Part shown: positions 11,301 through 20,584 of the stretch, one piece after another
Position numbering within the stretch: position 1 is the first letter of the stretch
How the letters are laid out: each line of letters starts with the position of its first letter
Assembly: GCA_040510375.1 (NCBI GenBank)
Contig: JBEVJC010000024.1
Location: 84,071-148,070 of the forward strand
Length of the DNA stretch: 64,000 nucleotides
Reading direction: 5' to 3'
Origin: Chitinophagaceae bacterium
Lineage (GTDB): Bacteria > Bacteroidota > Bacteroidia > Chitinophagales > Chitinophagaceae
The notes under the pieces: model-generated
What the model saw: only the letters and a program-made list of their open reading frames with translations
Database searches by the model: none
Told to the model about the DNA's origin: nothing
Program-made: the position numbers and the translations under genes

Positions 11301-11493
11301 TACTGGTTCCCTTGATGGTAACATTTACCAGGGCCAGCGGAGAACCTTTTTCGTCAGAAACAGTTCCCTCCACTTTTTTTGACTGGGCGAAAGAAAGAAC
11401 GGTCAGGCTTTGAAAAACCAGGAGAAGTAGTAATGGCCTGAGCCACTTTACCGGGGAAGATAGCCGGACACTTTGGAAAGAGAGGACTCTCAT
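8362..11493 (-). CDS. SusC/RagA family TonB-linked outer membrane protein
   Basis: CarboxypepD_reg-like N-terminus, TonB box ETVVVVGYG, plug (ISVLKDASASAIYGSRAASGVILVTTK), terminal aromatic barrel end. I used the ATG at 11491-11493 (the track start at 11559 is GTG). Confidence 0.9.
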   Translation of the reverse strand: MRVLSFQSVRLSSPVKWLRPLLLLLVFQSLTVLSFAQSKKVEGTVSDEKGSPLALVNVTIKGTSTGVATDERGYYSIEVQPGAVLVFSHSGFFGKEETVDARTRIDLSMTGNPASLETVVVVGYGTQKKVNLSGAVAQVSGKDLINRPVPNVTGALQGLLPGVTILRSSGQPGDEGLAIRIRGFTSSNAADALVLVDGIEQDINLLDPNDIESISVLKDASASAIYGSRAASGVILVTTKQGSPGKTRISYNTYYGINITARQPERLDSWDEQILIDEARKNATGSPEFNAEQIEWLQNPNFDWRPNPTADRWEYYGNNNWLKEGMDKYNGMKSHSLSIGGGEQKLNYLISGGYYKRDGVLRYGPDDNSRYNLKLNLNAEINKYVSMKMTAGYIGSFVRENSFGTEQIINRLYRSRTRQLLYTPPDDITGQIYNGDLQINAVDIEKNSGLETRDFQTFTGRLGLQVKNVVKGLTLDVIGWRNQSNYAMENNRRTLNWYGRSVGTVRFTANSPNSITVTQNKAFQNNLQGYLTYNLKIGEHSFTILQGGSFEEYRKDEVGAFAQNLISNDNFSLNFGDALTKTNREKVETWALGSAFGRLNYSFKDRYLFEASYRYDGSSRLAPLNRWQMFPSFSAAWRVDQENFMQNISWVNSLKIRGSWGQLGNGSVLGMYDYIALLTSGLTETNNVVFNGARTQYFFQEELASADKTWETVQQSNIGFDLAVLGNRLTVTADYYVKRNIDMLAGLAVPSIIGIDVPNVNIGELKSWGTELDVKWRDRIGRVDYNIGFNISDNQNKLVKYGGTSVLGTGGMVEFLEGFPMNTVWGYRTDGYFQTKAEADDYKSRIQGFINNPDAGDVRYLDLNGDGVISPAGTPQNPGDLVYMGTTNARYQYGFNLGASYKGFDFSIFFQGVMKRAFLIDERTLSPILETSDMPWTIHMDRWTPENPDAFFPRMYQTSAHNFRPSDKWVQNGSYIRLKNVMIGYTIPVPKKIAREVKVYISGQDLWESTKVLKVFDPEVGNRVEATTYPFYRTVSFGLNVSL

Positions 11494-11654
11494 ACAGCAA
11501 TCGTTTTTTACAGTTAGTAATTCTGAAAAGGGTAAACCAACGCGTGCTGGACCCTTCACTTTTCACGAGCAATCGAACCAATGCAGCATTGGCTTTAAGC
11601 TGTTAAATTGTTTAAATTTTATGAACCGAAGCACAAATGCAGAACCTTTATTTA

Positions 11655-11668
11655 CGAAAACGATTTCG
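11655..11668. promoter_or_regulatory. candidate LacI-family operator, site 1
   Basis: CGAAAACGATTTCG, about 160 nt upstream of the SusC ATG. It shares the CGnAAACGATTnCG pattern with 13866-13879 and 20022-20035. Confidence 0.4.
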
Positions 11669-11764
11669 GTCAAGCCAACTCACCAATTATAATTGTATGC
11701 TTCATCAAAACAAGATACCCCACCTGGAATACAGGCAGGGTAAGCATTTCAGAACACCAGAAAT

Positions 11765-12934
11765 TTATCTTAATGAACGGGCAATGCCGTATTCGAGTCC
11801 ACGTAACTCTGCAAGACCACGAAGGCGCCCAATAGCTGAATAACCGGGGTTTGTTATTTTATTCAGGTCATCCAGCATCTGGTGACCATGATCGGGGCGC
11901 ATAGGAATGTTTGTTTTTCGATTACCCATTACCATCACAAGGTTGTGTACTACCGAATACATATCAACATCACCTTCCAGATGATTGGCTTCATAAAAAT
12001 TTCCATCTTCATCGCGCTGTGTACTACGCAGGTGCACGAAGTGAATACGATCAGCAAATTCATTGACCATTGAAGGAAGGTCATTATCGGCCCTTACACC
12101 AAAGGAACCGGTGCAGAAACAAAGTCCGTTACTCGGTGAAGGCACCGCATCAAACAATTGTCCCAGCATGGTTGCCGTACTGACAACCCTCGGTAAACCG
12201 AAGATGGGAAATGGCGGATCATCCGGATGAATGGCCATCCTCACTCCCACCTCTTCCGCTACAGGAACGATCTCAGAAAGGAATGTGATCAGGTTTTTTT
12301 GTAAGCGGTCTTTATCAATTCCCTCATAGGTATCGAGTGTATTCTGGAATTGTTGGAGACTGAAACTTTCCTCACTTCCCGGCAATCCTGCGATGATATT
12401 ACGCTGGATAAGCTGTCGTTCTTCTTCAGTCATATTGATATACCGCTGTTCAGCGAGTGAGATTTCATGAGGTGCATTTTCCTTTTCGGCACCCGGACGC
12501 TTCAGCATAAACAGGTCAAATGCCAGCATAGCCAGACGTTCATATCGTAAAGCCCTGCTGCCATCGGGACAGGGAAAGGCCAGGTCGGTTCTTGTCCAGT
12601 CCAGCACGGGCATAAAGTTATAGGTCACCACATAGATGCTGCATTGTGCCAGGTTACGGATACTGGCCTTATAGTTTTCGATGTATTGTTCAAAGCCCGG
12701 TCTTTGGGTTTTGATATCTTCATGAACAGGTATACTTTCTACTACCGACCAGCTGAGTCCCGCTGCTTCAATGAGCGACTGCCGTTGCCTGATTTCATCC
12801 ACCGGCCATATAACCCCATTTGGCAAATAATGAAGTGCAGTTACCACACCCGTACAACCGGCCTGCCGGATATCGGAGAGACTCACCGGATCTGTTGGCC
12901 CAAACCAGCGCATTGTCTGTTCAAAACTATACAT
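11765..12934 (-). CDS. uxuA: mannonate dehydratase
   Basis: The N-terminus ([23 protein letters not shown]) and the rest of the sequence show the typical UxuA pattern. Confidence 0.85.
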   Translation of the reverse strand: MYSFEQTMRWFGPTDPVSLSDIRQAGCTGVVTALHYLPNGVIWPVDEIRQRQSLIEAAGLSWSVVESIPVHEDIKTQRPGFEQYIENYKASIRNLAQCSIYVVTYNFMPVLDWTRTDLAFPCPDGSRALRYERLAMLAFDLFMLKRPGAEKENAPHEISLAEQRYINMTEEERQLIQRNIIAGLPGSEESFSLQQFQNTLDTYEGIDKDRLQKNLITFLSEIVPVAEEVGVRMAIHPDDPPFPIFGLPRVVSTATMLGQLFDAVPSPSNGLCFCTGSFGVRADNDLPSMVNEFADRIHFVHLRSTQRDEDGNFYEANHLEGDVDMYSVVHNLVMVMGNRKTNIPMRPDHGHQMLDDLNKITNPGYSAIGRLRGLAELRGLEYGIARSLR

Positions 12935-12942
12935 AACTGCAA

Positions 12943-13764
12943 TTATACGCCACTATAGGCAAGAAAACCACCATCGACTACGACAGAAGTTCCGTTAACA
13001 AAAGTTGATTCATTGCCCAGCAACCATAAAAGGGCACCGGCAAGTTCATCCGGTTTACCGTAACGGCCAAATGGAGTCTGATCCACGATGGACTGGCCAC
13101 GACGGGTTATTGATCCGTCTTCATTACTAAGCAGTGACCTGTTTTGTTCCGTCAGGAAAAAACCAGGAACAATGGAATTCATCCGCACCTTATCGCCAAA
13201 ACGTTTTCCCAGTTCAACCGCAAACCAGCGTGTATAACTTTCAATGGCTGATTTGGCGAGACCATATCCCAGCACCCGTGTAAGTCCCCGGTGCGCTGCA
13301 ACAGAAGAAATATTCACGATACTGCCCGCTCCTGCCGTTTCCATCATCAGCCTGCCGAATACCTGGGTAGGCAGGAGTGTTCCGAAAAGATTCAGGTCAA
13401 GCACATCACGAAGCCCCTGTATATTCAGGTTGAACAGGTCGTGTTCCGGTTGCACTACAGCCTCCGGAATATTACCTCCGGCAGCGTTTACCAGACCATC
13501 GATCCTGCCAAACCTTTCCAGCAACAGTTTGCCGGCGTTTACCAGATCCTGTTCATTCATTACATCGGCGATCAGTGTTATTGCTGTTCCACCCGCTTCA
13601 TTAATTTCATTGACACGCTTTTCAGCTACCTTTTTATTGCGACCCAGTATGCCAACCGTTGCACCCGATTGTGCCAGACAATTATTAAAACTATTTCCCA
13701 ATACACCAGTACCACCGGTGACGACGATCACCTTGCCAGGCAATTTTTTATTCTCCATAACCAT
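12943..13764 (-). CDS. SDR-family oxidoreductase, probably D-mannonate/fructuronate oxidoreductase
   Basis: TGGTGVLG Rossmann motif and SDR core, adjacent to uxuA. The track start at 13773 is TTG; ATGs lie at 13764 and 13758. Confidence 0.7.
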   Translation of the reverse strand: MVMENKKLPGKVIVVTGGTGVLGNSFNNCLAQSGATVGILGRNKKVAEKRVNEINEAGGTAITLIADVMNEQDLVNAGKLLLERFGRIDGLVNAAGGNIPEAVVQPEHDLFNLNIQGLRDVLDLNLFGTLLPTQVFGRLMMETAGAGSIVNISSVAAHRGLTRVLGYGLAKSAIESYTRWFAVELGKRFGDKVRMNSIVPGFFLTEQNRSLLSNEDGSITRRGQSIVDQTPFGRYGKPDELAGALLWLLGNESTFVNGTSVVVDGGFLAYSGV

Positions 13765-13865
13765 GTATTCCAACTATCCTTAAAAGATCTGGTTTTTAAA
13801 TTTTATATTTCCGGTAATTTTAAACAAAAATGCATGCGGAGATTGACATATCCCGTTTTTATTCA

Positions 13866-13879
13866 CGCAAACGATTACG
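13866..13879. promoter_or_regulatory. candidate LacI-family operator, site 2 (divergent uxuB-like/lacI promoter region)
   Basis: CGCAAACGATTACG, 49 nt upstream of the LacI ATG. Confidence 0.4.
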
Positions 13880-13927
13880 CAACCTACCCCTGATCCGGGA
13901 AAACATGGATTCTGACAGTAACAAACA

Positions 13928-14938
13928 ATGGAGAACATCAATTTAAAACGACTTGCCCAGGAATTAAATCTTTCTGCATCCACCGTGTCGAGGGCACTGC
14001 GGGGTAGTCACGAAATCAGCCAGGAAACGAAGGAACGTGTAAAGGCACTTGCTGAAAAACTCGGCTTCCAGCCTAATCCCCATGCCAGCAGCCTTCGCCA
14101 GAGCAAGAGTAGTACCATCGCGGTGATCATTCCCGAGATCGAAAATAATTTTTTCTCCAAAGTCATGAACGGTGTGGAAGCAGTGGCACAGAAAAAAGGT
14201 TATCATGTGCTGATCTACCTGACCCATGAAGCATATATCCGTGAAAAAGATATTGTACAGGTACTTCGCAACGGTCGTGTGGATGGTATGATGATTTCCA
14301 TATCAAATACCACAACCAGCATTGAACACCTTCAGGATGTAAAATCATCGGGTTTGCCGCTTGTTTTTTTCGACAGGATCGCGGAGAGTATCGATGTGCC
14401 TACAGTAAGTACCGACGATAAAGACGCCGCATACAAGGGCACTGTTCACCTCATCGAAAAGAATTGTAAACGGATTGCTTTATTATCCATGTCGAGCCTG
14501 CTGTCTATTACCACGCGGCGGCAAAATGGCTACCAGAAGGCATTGGAGAGTAATGGACTGAGTTCGGAGGGACTGATACTTGAATGCGAAAATGATGATG
14601 AGGCCAACCGGATCAGGATCCGTGAATTACTTACGGGTGAAAACCGGCCGGACGGAATCTTTGCTTCGGTTGAAAAACTCGCTATCAATACCTATGAAGT
14701 CTGCAGTGAACTGGATATAAAAATTCCTGGTGAACTGAAAGTAATCAGCTTCTCCAACCTTTCGGCTACAGCATTATTTGATCCGCCACTGACCACGATT
14801 GTGCAACCAGCTTATGAGATCGGTAAGGAAGCAGCAGCAGTATTGTTTAAGATCATTGAAAAAAAGACCTTACTGCCAGGCGAAAACCGTTCTACATTCC
14901 CTTCACATATCATTGAAAGAAAATCGACCGCAGGTTGA
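13928..14938 (+). CDS. LacI family transcriptional regulator
   Basis: N-terminal HTH (LKRLAQELNLSASTVSRALRG) plus a periplasmic-binding-protein-like sugar-binding core. Confidence 0.9.
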   Translation: MENINLKRLAQELNLSASTVSRALRGSHEISQETKERVKALAEKLGFQPNPHASSLRQSKSSTIAVIIPEIENNFFSKVMNGVEAVAQKKGYHVLIYLTHEAYIREKDIVQVLRNGRVDGMMISISNTTTSIEHLQDVKSSGLPLVFFDRIAESIDVPTVSTDDKDAAYKGTVHLIEKNCKRIALLSMSSLLSITTRRQNGYQKALESNGLSSEGLILECENDDEANRIRIRELLTGENRPDGIFASVEKLAINTYEVCSELDIKIPGELKVISFSNLSATALFDPPLTTIVQPAYEIGKEAAAVLFKIIEKKTLLPGENRSTFPSHIIERKSTAG

Positions 14939-14949
14939 TCGATTCCCTG

Positions 14950-16146
14950 TTATTTCCAGCTGGTGGAAGTATATTTCCTGGTTGACCTGCTGCGCAACAA
15001 TGCTTCAAGATAATAGTAATCGGCATAGATAAGTGGCACATCCACCTCACTCACCGCGGGTTTTGATCCGGTGCTGTGAAGCAGGATGAACCCATCATTC
15101 CAGCCAATGGGAGAACGGTAAAAATTGGTGAGTGAATGAAGGATCAGGTCGGCTTTACTGCGATAATCTTCAACCTTACTATACCCGGCCAGTTCATAAA
15201 GTGCGGATGCCAGCACGGCAGCAGCCGAGACATCACGTTCTTCATTGGGGATCGCCGGTGCGTTATAGTCCCAATATGGCACTCCGTCTGCCGGTTTATC
15301 TGGATGATGTAACATAAAGGCCGCAGTTTTTTCCGCCTGCGAAAGATAGGCTGTGTCGCCTGTAAAACGATAACACATGGTAAAGCCGTACACCGCCCAT
15401 GCCTGTCCCCGTGACCAGGCCGATTCACTGCTGAAACCCTGATGGGTGGTCTTTATAATTGGCTTACCGGTGACAGTATCATAGTCAACCACATGATAAC
15501 AGCTATTATCCCGACGGAAATGATTTTTCATGGTATTGTTTGCGTGACTCACTGCGATCTGGTAAAAACTGGAATCACCGCTGATCTTCGTGGCCGCAAA
15601 AAGTAATTCAAGATTAAGCATATTGTCGATGATAACGGGATAGTCCCATTTATCGCGGTTATGATCCCAGGACCTGATCACACCGGCTGTTTTATTAAAC
15701 CTGCCGGAGAGGGTCCGGGCAGACTGAATCAAAATATCTTTCGAATGCTGGTCATTCAACAACCGGTACTGTGCACCCACACTATTATAGATTTTGAAAC
15801 CCATATCATGTGTGCCCCGGTTGAACCTTTCCCTTTCGATCCGGCTGGTAGCTTTTTTGGCGCCGGGAATCTGGCTGCGTTGATTTGTGTACTCATACAA
15901 ATACCAGAGTTCACCAGGATAAAAGCCACTGGTCCAGTCGCGCGAAGCCACCATCCGGAGCTGCCCTTTTTCTAATGTACGGGGCGATACAAGACTGCTG
16001 TCAATCCTGTTGATGCTGTCAACCTTCCGCATCAGCAGATCCATCTGTTTGGCAACATCCGCAAAAACCCGTTTCAATTTTACGGGCTGGGCAGCGATGT
16101 CTGCTGAAATAAAAAAGACCATTAAGCAGATGATGATTGTTTTCAT
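14950..16146 (-). CDS. glycoside hydrolase family 88 (unsaturated glucuronyl hydrolase-like)
   Basis: Signal peptide; the WDYPVIIDNMLNLELLF, HVVDYD and SRGQAWAVYGF blocks are typical of GH88. Confidence 0.8.
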   Translation of the reverse strand: MKTIIICLMVFFISADIAAQPVKLKRVFADVAKQMDLLMRKVDSINRIDSSLVSPRTLEKGQLRMVASRDWTSGFYPGELWYLYEYTNQRSQIPGAKKATSRIERERFNRGTHDMGFKIYNSVGAQYRLLNDQHSKDILIQSARTLSGRFNKTAGVIRSWDHNRDKWDYPVIIDNMLNLELLFAATKISGDSSFYQIAVSHANNTMKNHFRRDNSCYHVVDYDTVTGKPIIKTTHQGFSSESAWSRGQAWAVYGFTMCYRFTGDTAYLSQAEKTAAFMLHHPDKPADGVPYWDYNAPAIPNEERDVSAAAVLASALYELAGYSKVEDYRSKADLILHSLTNFYRSPIGWNDGFILLHSTGSKPAVSEVDVPLIYADYYYLEALLRSRSTRKYTSTSWK

Positions 16147-16200
16147 TTATACCTGTTATGTTTGGGATTAAATTTCTTTCATCTGAATCCGGAATTTATA

Positions 16201-17481
16201 TTAAAACCATAAAAGGGGATTCCTGACAGGCAGGTTACGGACTACTTCATCTGTCTGTGGATCATGTTCCCCTTTTCTCCATAATTGAAAACAATCGGAC
16301 CTGCCCAATGAAGCTGCACCGAACAGAAGGAATGGCTGCGCCACCGGCCAGTTTTCCCAGTACATCACATCTTTCGGGAAGGGCCACCGATTCTTATCTG
16401 CAACATAGGTTAACATATAATCTACCGACCTGCCCATTGAAAGTGTATCACCGGAATTATATTTCCAGAGATTGTCATTTCGTGTAGATAAAACCTGGCA
16501 GATGGTCGCCATGGCATCGAGGTTAAACAACGAATACCCATACGGTTTGGTTCTTTTCAGTTCCAGCGGAAAACTCCCGTCGGGTGCGAACTGTGTTGGC
16601 ATCAGCACTGTCTTGAATCGTTCGCGGCAAAAAGCGAGTTGTTTTTCATTTCCGGTGAAGTCGGCAAAAACCGCAACCTGCATTACCCAGCAGGTACCAT
16701 GATTATTCTTCGCATTCATTTCATCGACGCCGTATTTGTGCGTGGTAACCCATTCCAGGTATTCATTAAACCAATCCCTGAACTGGCGGTATAGATTTTT
16801 GTCGACCTTCCCTTTTTTCTCAATCATCTTTAATCCCCTTACCACTTCCATTAGCTGGATGGCATCGATGATGCCAATACCCCTTCCTGTAACACGGCCT
16901 TTAATCGCCTGGGCGTATAACAGGTGCGGATTCATCCTTGTTGCTGTATCTGCAAACCATGCCCTGCAATGTAACATAACCCGGTCGGCATATTTCCGTT
17001 CACCGGTAAGGACATATGCTGATGTCAGTGTTCCAACCAATTGACTGAACCGGATCATCGCCAGTCGATGGTCATTAAAATTGGCGGGATTGGTCATACC
17101 ATCCCGCTGCACATAGGGACTATCTGCACTTACCGGGTTGGGCCACCAGTAATCACCCTCGCTGAAAAAATCATGTTTTCCTCCGGCGCTCCGGGGTGAT
17201 GAAGTTGCGGTGACTGTTACCGGTTGCTGCTCCATTGCCCATTTTACTTTTTTCATTACGATGGGGCGAAGAGTGCGGACCAGTTCTTTTTTTATTTGCT
17301 CCGGTGAAATAGAATCCTCCCCCTGCAACCCAATTAACCCACTGTTCATTACTAGCTGTGAATTGATTCGCTGTTCGTTGAACCCGTTTAATCCACTGTT
17401 CATTTTTTCCGGGGAATTGAAATGCTCTCCATACAATTGGAGAAATAAAACAAACAAGGATATAACTATAGGTACCCGCAT
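16201..17481 (-). CDS. polysaccharide lyase with alginate-lyase fold (PF05426-like)
   Basis: KHDFFSEGDYWWPNP and RDGMTNPANFNDHR blocks; signal peptide from the ATG at 17481 (the track start at 17532 is TTG). An internal 18-aa in-frame repeat (MNSGLxG) lies in the N-terminal linker. Confidence 0.7.
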   Translation of the reverse strand: MRVPIVISLFVLFLQLYGEHFNSPEKMNSGLNGFNEQRINSQLVMNSGLIGLQGEDSISPEQIKKELVRTLRPIVMKKVKWAMEQQPVTVTATSSPRSAGGKHDFFSEGDYWWPNPVSADSPYVQRDGMTNPANFNDHRLAMIRFSQLVGTLTSAYVLTGERKYADRVMLHCRAWFADTATRMNPHLLYAQAIKGRVTGRGIGIIDAIQLMEVVRGLKMIEKKGKVDKNLYRQFRDWFNEYLEWVTTHKYGVDEMNAKNNHGTCWVMQVAVFADFTGNEKQLAFCRERFKTVLMPTQFAPDGSFPLELKRTKPYGYSLFNLDAMATICQVLSTRNDNLWKYNSGDTLSMGRSVDYMLTYVADKNRWPFPKDVMYWENWPVAQPFLLFGAASLGRSDCFQLWRKGEHDPQTDEVVRNLPVRNPLLWF

Positions 17482-17518
17482 ATATAATTTAATAAACCGG
17501 TTATTCGGAACCGTTGAT

Positions 17519-19960
17519 TTACAATTCAGCAAAAACAGTGGGTATGTCCTTAAACGAAGCGCTGACCACAGATCTTCCTTTATTGATATTCACCCTGATG
17601 ATGGCGCGGCCATTGTACAATTGCACCACCCGCGATCCGGAAGATGTTCCCAGGTTATCGATGAGTTTGCCATCGCCTGTAATTCCAAATCGCACCTGCA
17701 GACGGCTATCGAGACAAACCAATCCCTGTTCATCCCTTAACTTCACTTCCATAGTAGCCACTCCATTCTCTTCAGAAATCTTCCGCAACTCTGCTTTGGC
17801 GGGCTTGCCCCAATTGCCTGACTGGTATTCGAATTTTAACGAATCAACGAGACTGATCTTTCCTTTGCGGCCAATCACTTTCACCTGGTAGCTACCGGCA
17901 CTCATGGGAACTGCCCAACGAAGGCCAGCTGCGGGAAAATCATTGCTGTCCCGCTTTTTTGTGCCGACACTTTTACCGTTTACAAACAATTCGGCTGATT
18001 CCATATTGGAGAACACCTTGATAATATTGGATTCCTTTTCATTACCCCAACGCACCGGCCAGGAATGGCCATAGATATGGATCATGGGCTGGTCCGACCA
18101 ATACGACTGGTAAACATAAAACGATTCCTTTTTTGTAAAATCACGTTCCACAACTCCCTTCTGGTTTACATAGGGTACAGGGTTCTCCGGACGAAGAGGT
18201 GTTGAAAAATCCTTAAACGGCCATTGTGCTGTTCCGGTTAACCAGGGCATGGATTCCTGTTCTTTCAGGTGCCAGTCGACCAGGTTAATGATGTACGACT
18301 CACTCCAGTCGCCATCCTTCGATGCCCTTGCGGCACCACCAACCAATGCGGCGTCGCCTGCCCGTTCATCAGCTTTACCAACTGCAGCTATTTGCTGCAA
18401 TCCTTTATCGGGGTTTTCTGAATGACGACCTGCATGGCTATCTCCACCCCATTCCACATGCAGGAAGTGATCCACTTTTTTTCGTTCAACTTCTGAAATG
18501 CTTTTGTATTCGGTATACATACCCCGGTACCAGCCAGCCCAGATTGATGGAGAATAAATATCCACGATGTCTTTGCAAAAATCGCAACGCCTGATGGCCG
18601 TCTTTCTGGATGGATCCAGTTTATGGGAAAAGCTATTCAACTCTTTCATAAAGTTGCGGATTTTCAATGTATCATAGATGGGAAAATCCCCGGGCCAGTC
18701 GTTCTCATTACCCAGTCCCCAGATGACAACCGAAGGATGGTTATAATGTTGTTCAATCATATTGGTGAGCATCCGTTTGGCCTGATCCTGGTAGATCTCG
18801 CCACCAAGTCCGCCCCTGCACCAGGGGATCTCTTCCCAGACCAGGATACCAAGACTATCACAAAGATTCAGGATTATACGCGACTGCTGGTAATGTCCAA
18901 GCCGGATAAAATTAACGCCCATATCTTTTATCATCAGCATTTCGGTACGCATCATCTCTTCCGTCATGGCCGCACCTACAGCTGCATGGTCTTCATGCCT
19001 GTGCGTGCCCTTTAACAAAAGCCGTTTCCCATTCAACAGGAAGGGTCCCTGTTTTACAAATTCAAAATGCCGGAAGGCAAACCTGTCTTCATATGTATAA
19101 TCCCCCATCTTTATACTTATATGATAGAGGCGCGGGTTGGCGGGCGACCAGCGAATGGGTTTCTTCAGCATAACTGATACCGGCTTGTCTGGATTCAGTG
19201 ATATTGTTGAAGTATTCTGATAAACTTCTTTTCCGGTGGGATCGGTGACCCGCATTTCCCAGTTGGTTTCTGTTGTATTACTCTTATTATAAAATCGCGG
19301 AAGGATACTGATGTTGCCGGTGGTTCCATTTTCGTCGGTTTCAGCGTTGATAAATAATTTATCGATCGACAGGTCGGGTACATACACCAGGTTCAGGTAA
19401 CGGTAGATACCACCATAAACATTAAAATCCGATAAGGCTGAAGGGATCATTTCCAGATCGCGGGAATTATCCGTCCTGATAGATAAAGGAACCCTGCCTT
19501 TAAATTGCCTTACAGATACCGGCATCTCACGGAAATCAGCAACAACATCAGTGATATCGACACTGAATTCATCATAACCGCCCACATGCACCGCAACAAG
19601 CGTGTTATAGATATACACGGAAGTTTTTTGTCCGGCCCCTTCAAAATGAAGGATGGTACGACCTTGCGGATAAGGATTTTTTATATCGAGAGTGGTCCGG
19701 TACCAGGCGGGACCCTGGTAGTAATTTATATCCGGATCGGTTGCATCCAGTGCATTTACACAATGAGGTAAGGATACGGATGTCCACACAGGCACTGCCT
19801 CGGGACCACCGGGAGGAACCGGTCGCACCGCTTCCCAGACCCCGCCCAGGTCCGACCGGAGGTATTGCCAGTTATCCGTTAAACGGGTTGATTGTTGTGA
19901 TTGTGCGTTGAAAAAAAAGCAGGCAAAGGCAGGCAGGAAAATTCGGGGTAGCATCTTCAT
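17519..19960 (-). CDS. glycoside hydrolase family 2 (beta-glucuronidase/beta-galactosidase type)
   Basis: GTHRHEDH..., NFIRLGHY and NHPSVVIWGLGNEND (acid/base NE) with the EWGG nucleophile region; about 810 aa with a signal peptide. Confidence 0.8.
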   Translation of the reverse strand: MKMLPRIFLPAFACFFFNAQSQQSTRLTDNWQYLRSDLGGVWEAVRPVPPGGPEAVPVWTSVSLPHCVNALDATDPDINYYQGPAWYRTTLDIKNPYPQGRTILHFEGAGQKTSVYIYNTLVAVHVGGYDEFSVDITDVVADFREMPVSVRQFKGRVPLSIRTDNSRDLEMIPSALSDFNVYGGIYRYLNLVYVPDLSIDKLFINAETDENGTTGNISILPRFYNKSNTTETNWEMRVTDPTGKEVYQNTSTISLNPDKPVSVMLKKPIRWSPANPRLYHISIKMGDYTYEDRFAFRHFEFVKQGPFLLNGKRLLLKGTHRHEDHAAVGAAMTEEMMRTEMLMIKDMGVNFIRLGHYQQSRIILNLCDSLGILVWEEIPWCRGGLGGEIYQDQAKRMLTNMIEQHYNHPSVVIWGLGNENDWPGDFPIYDTLKIRNFMKELNSFSHKLDPSRKTAIRRCDFCKDIVDIYSPSIWAGWYRGMYTEYKSISEVERKKVDHFLHVEWGGDSHAGRHSENPDKGLQQIAAVGKADERAGDAALVGGAARASKDGDWSESYIINLVDWHLKEQESMPWLTGTAQWPFKDFSTPLRPENPVPYVNQKGVVERDFTKKESFYVYQSYWSDQPMIHIYGHSWPVRWGNEKESNIIKVFSNMESAELFVNGKSVGTKKRDSNDFPAAGLRWAVPMSAGSYQVKVIGRKGKISLVDSLKFEYQSGNWGKPAKAELRKISEENGVATMEVKLRDEQGLVCLDSRLQVRFGITGDGKLIDNLGTSSGSRVVQLYNGRAIIRVNINKGRSVVSASFKDIPTVFAEL

Positions 19961-20021
19961 GTAACAGGCATCATTTGGTCACGAATTTATTGTTCTTCCA
20001 TCAATTCAGGCAGTTGATCAT

Positions 20022-20035
20022 CGCAAACGATTTCG
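20022..20035. promoter_or_regulatory. candidate LacI-family operator, site 3
   Basis: CGCAAACGATTTCG, 62-75 nt upstream of the GH2 ATG (19960). Confidence 0.4.
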
Positions 20036-20075
20036 TATAGGGAAGAATGTTATGTGAAGACAATAACGGGCTTAT

Positions 20076-20103
20076 AAAAAAACTGCCTCAGAAATTGAGG
20101 CAG
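20076..20103 (-). terminator. Rho-independent terminator
   Basis: Minus strand: CTGCCTCA-ATTTC-TGAGGCAG followed by TTTTTTT. Confidence 0.6.
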
Positions 20104-20189
20104 TTCGTAGACGCTTAATTATTGTAAGGTATACAGGAAGTAACACGTCCTGGTCATTATTAGGATTTGGCGTTGCTTTCAAAACCGGA

Positions 20190-20351
20190 TCATACCCTCA
20201 GATAAAACCGGGCAAATTCATTTTTGTTGTTTTCCAGGTAATCAATAATTTTTTCAAGACTCACCCTGGAAATACCACAGGTTTCTAGAATGTATTCCCT
20301 CGAAACTTTTAGTTTGCTCTGGAGATACTCCAACTGTTTTTCGTATGACAT
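20190..20351 (-). CDS. 53-aa ORF below the track cutoff, HTH-like (MSYEKQLEYLQSKLKVSREYILETCGISRVSLEKIIDYLENNKNEFARFYLRV)
   Basis: ATG at 20349-20351 and TGA at 20190-20192. It is bracketed by two strong minus-strand terminators (20528-20555 upstream, 20076-20103 downstream), so it would be a stand-alone unit. Confidence 0.35.
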   Translation of the reverse strand: MSYEKQLEYLQSKLKVSREYILETCGISRVSLEKIIDYLENNKNEFARFYLRV

Positions 20352-20527
20352 GTTGGTTGTCATTATACGCCGTTTAGTATTAACACTACGTGGAAGTATC
20401 GTGCCAACAACCGTTAATAAAGGTTAGCACTTAGAGAACTAAATGAATGTGGTGAAATAACACATTAACCCCGTCAGTTGCAGCCTTAATAAAATAAATA
20501 TGGGATATGGGGTCCGTATTTATGCGC

Positions 20528-20555
20528 AAAAAAAACCTCCTGCGTTGGCAGGAGG
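20528..20555 (-). terminator. Rho-independent terminator ending the AhpD-like/MFS/SusCD/DUF3179 unit
   Basis: Minus strand: CCTCCTGC-CAAC-GCAGGAGG followed by T8, 30 nt after the DUF3179 stop. Confidence 0.7.
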
Positions 20556-20584
20556 AGTAAATTTTCAATTGGAATTGGTGTTTT

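Noticed and set aside
11494-11559. GTG-initiated 22-aa N-terminal extension of the SusC gene
   Set aside because: The ATG at 11493 precedes a normal signal peptide (…LLLLLVFQSLTVLSFAQ). The extension is not signal-like.
17327-17404. 54-nt-period direct repeat (aacccaattaacccactgttcatt / aacccgtttaatccactgttcatt)
   Set aside because: It is in frame within the N-terminal linker of the lyase (KMNSGLNGF / VMNSGLIGL). This is a small internal peptide duplication, not a regulatory element.
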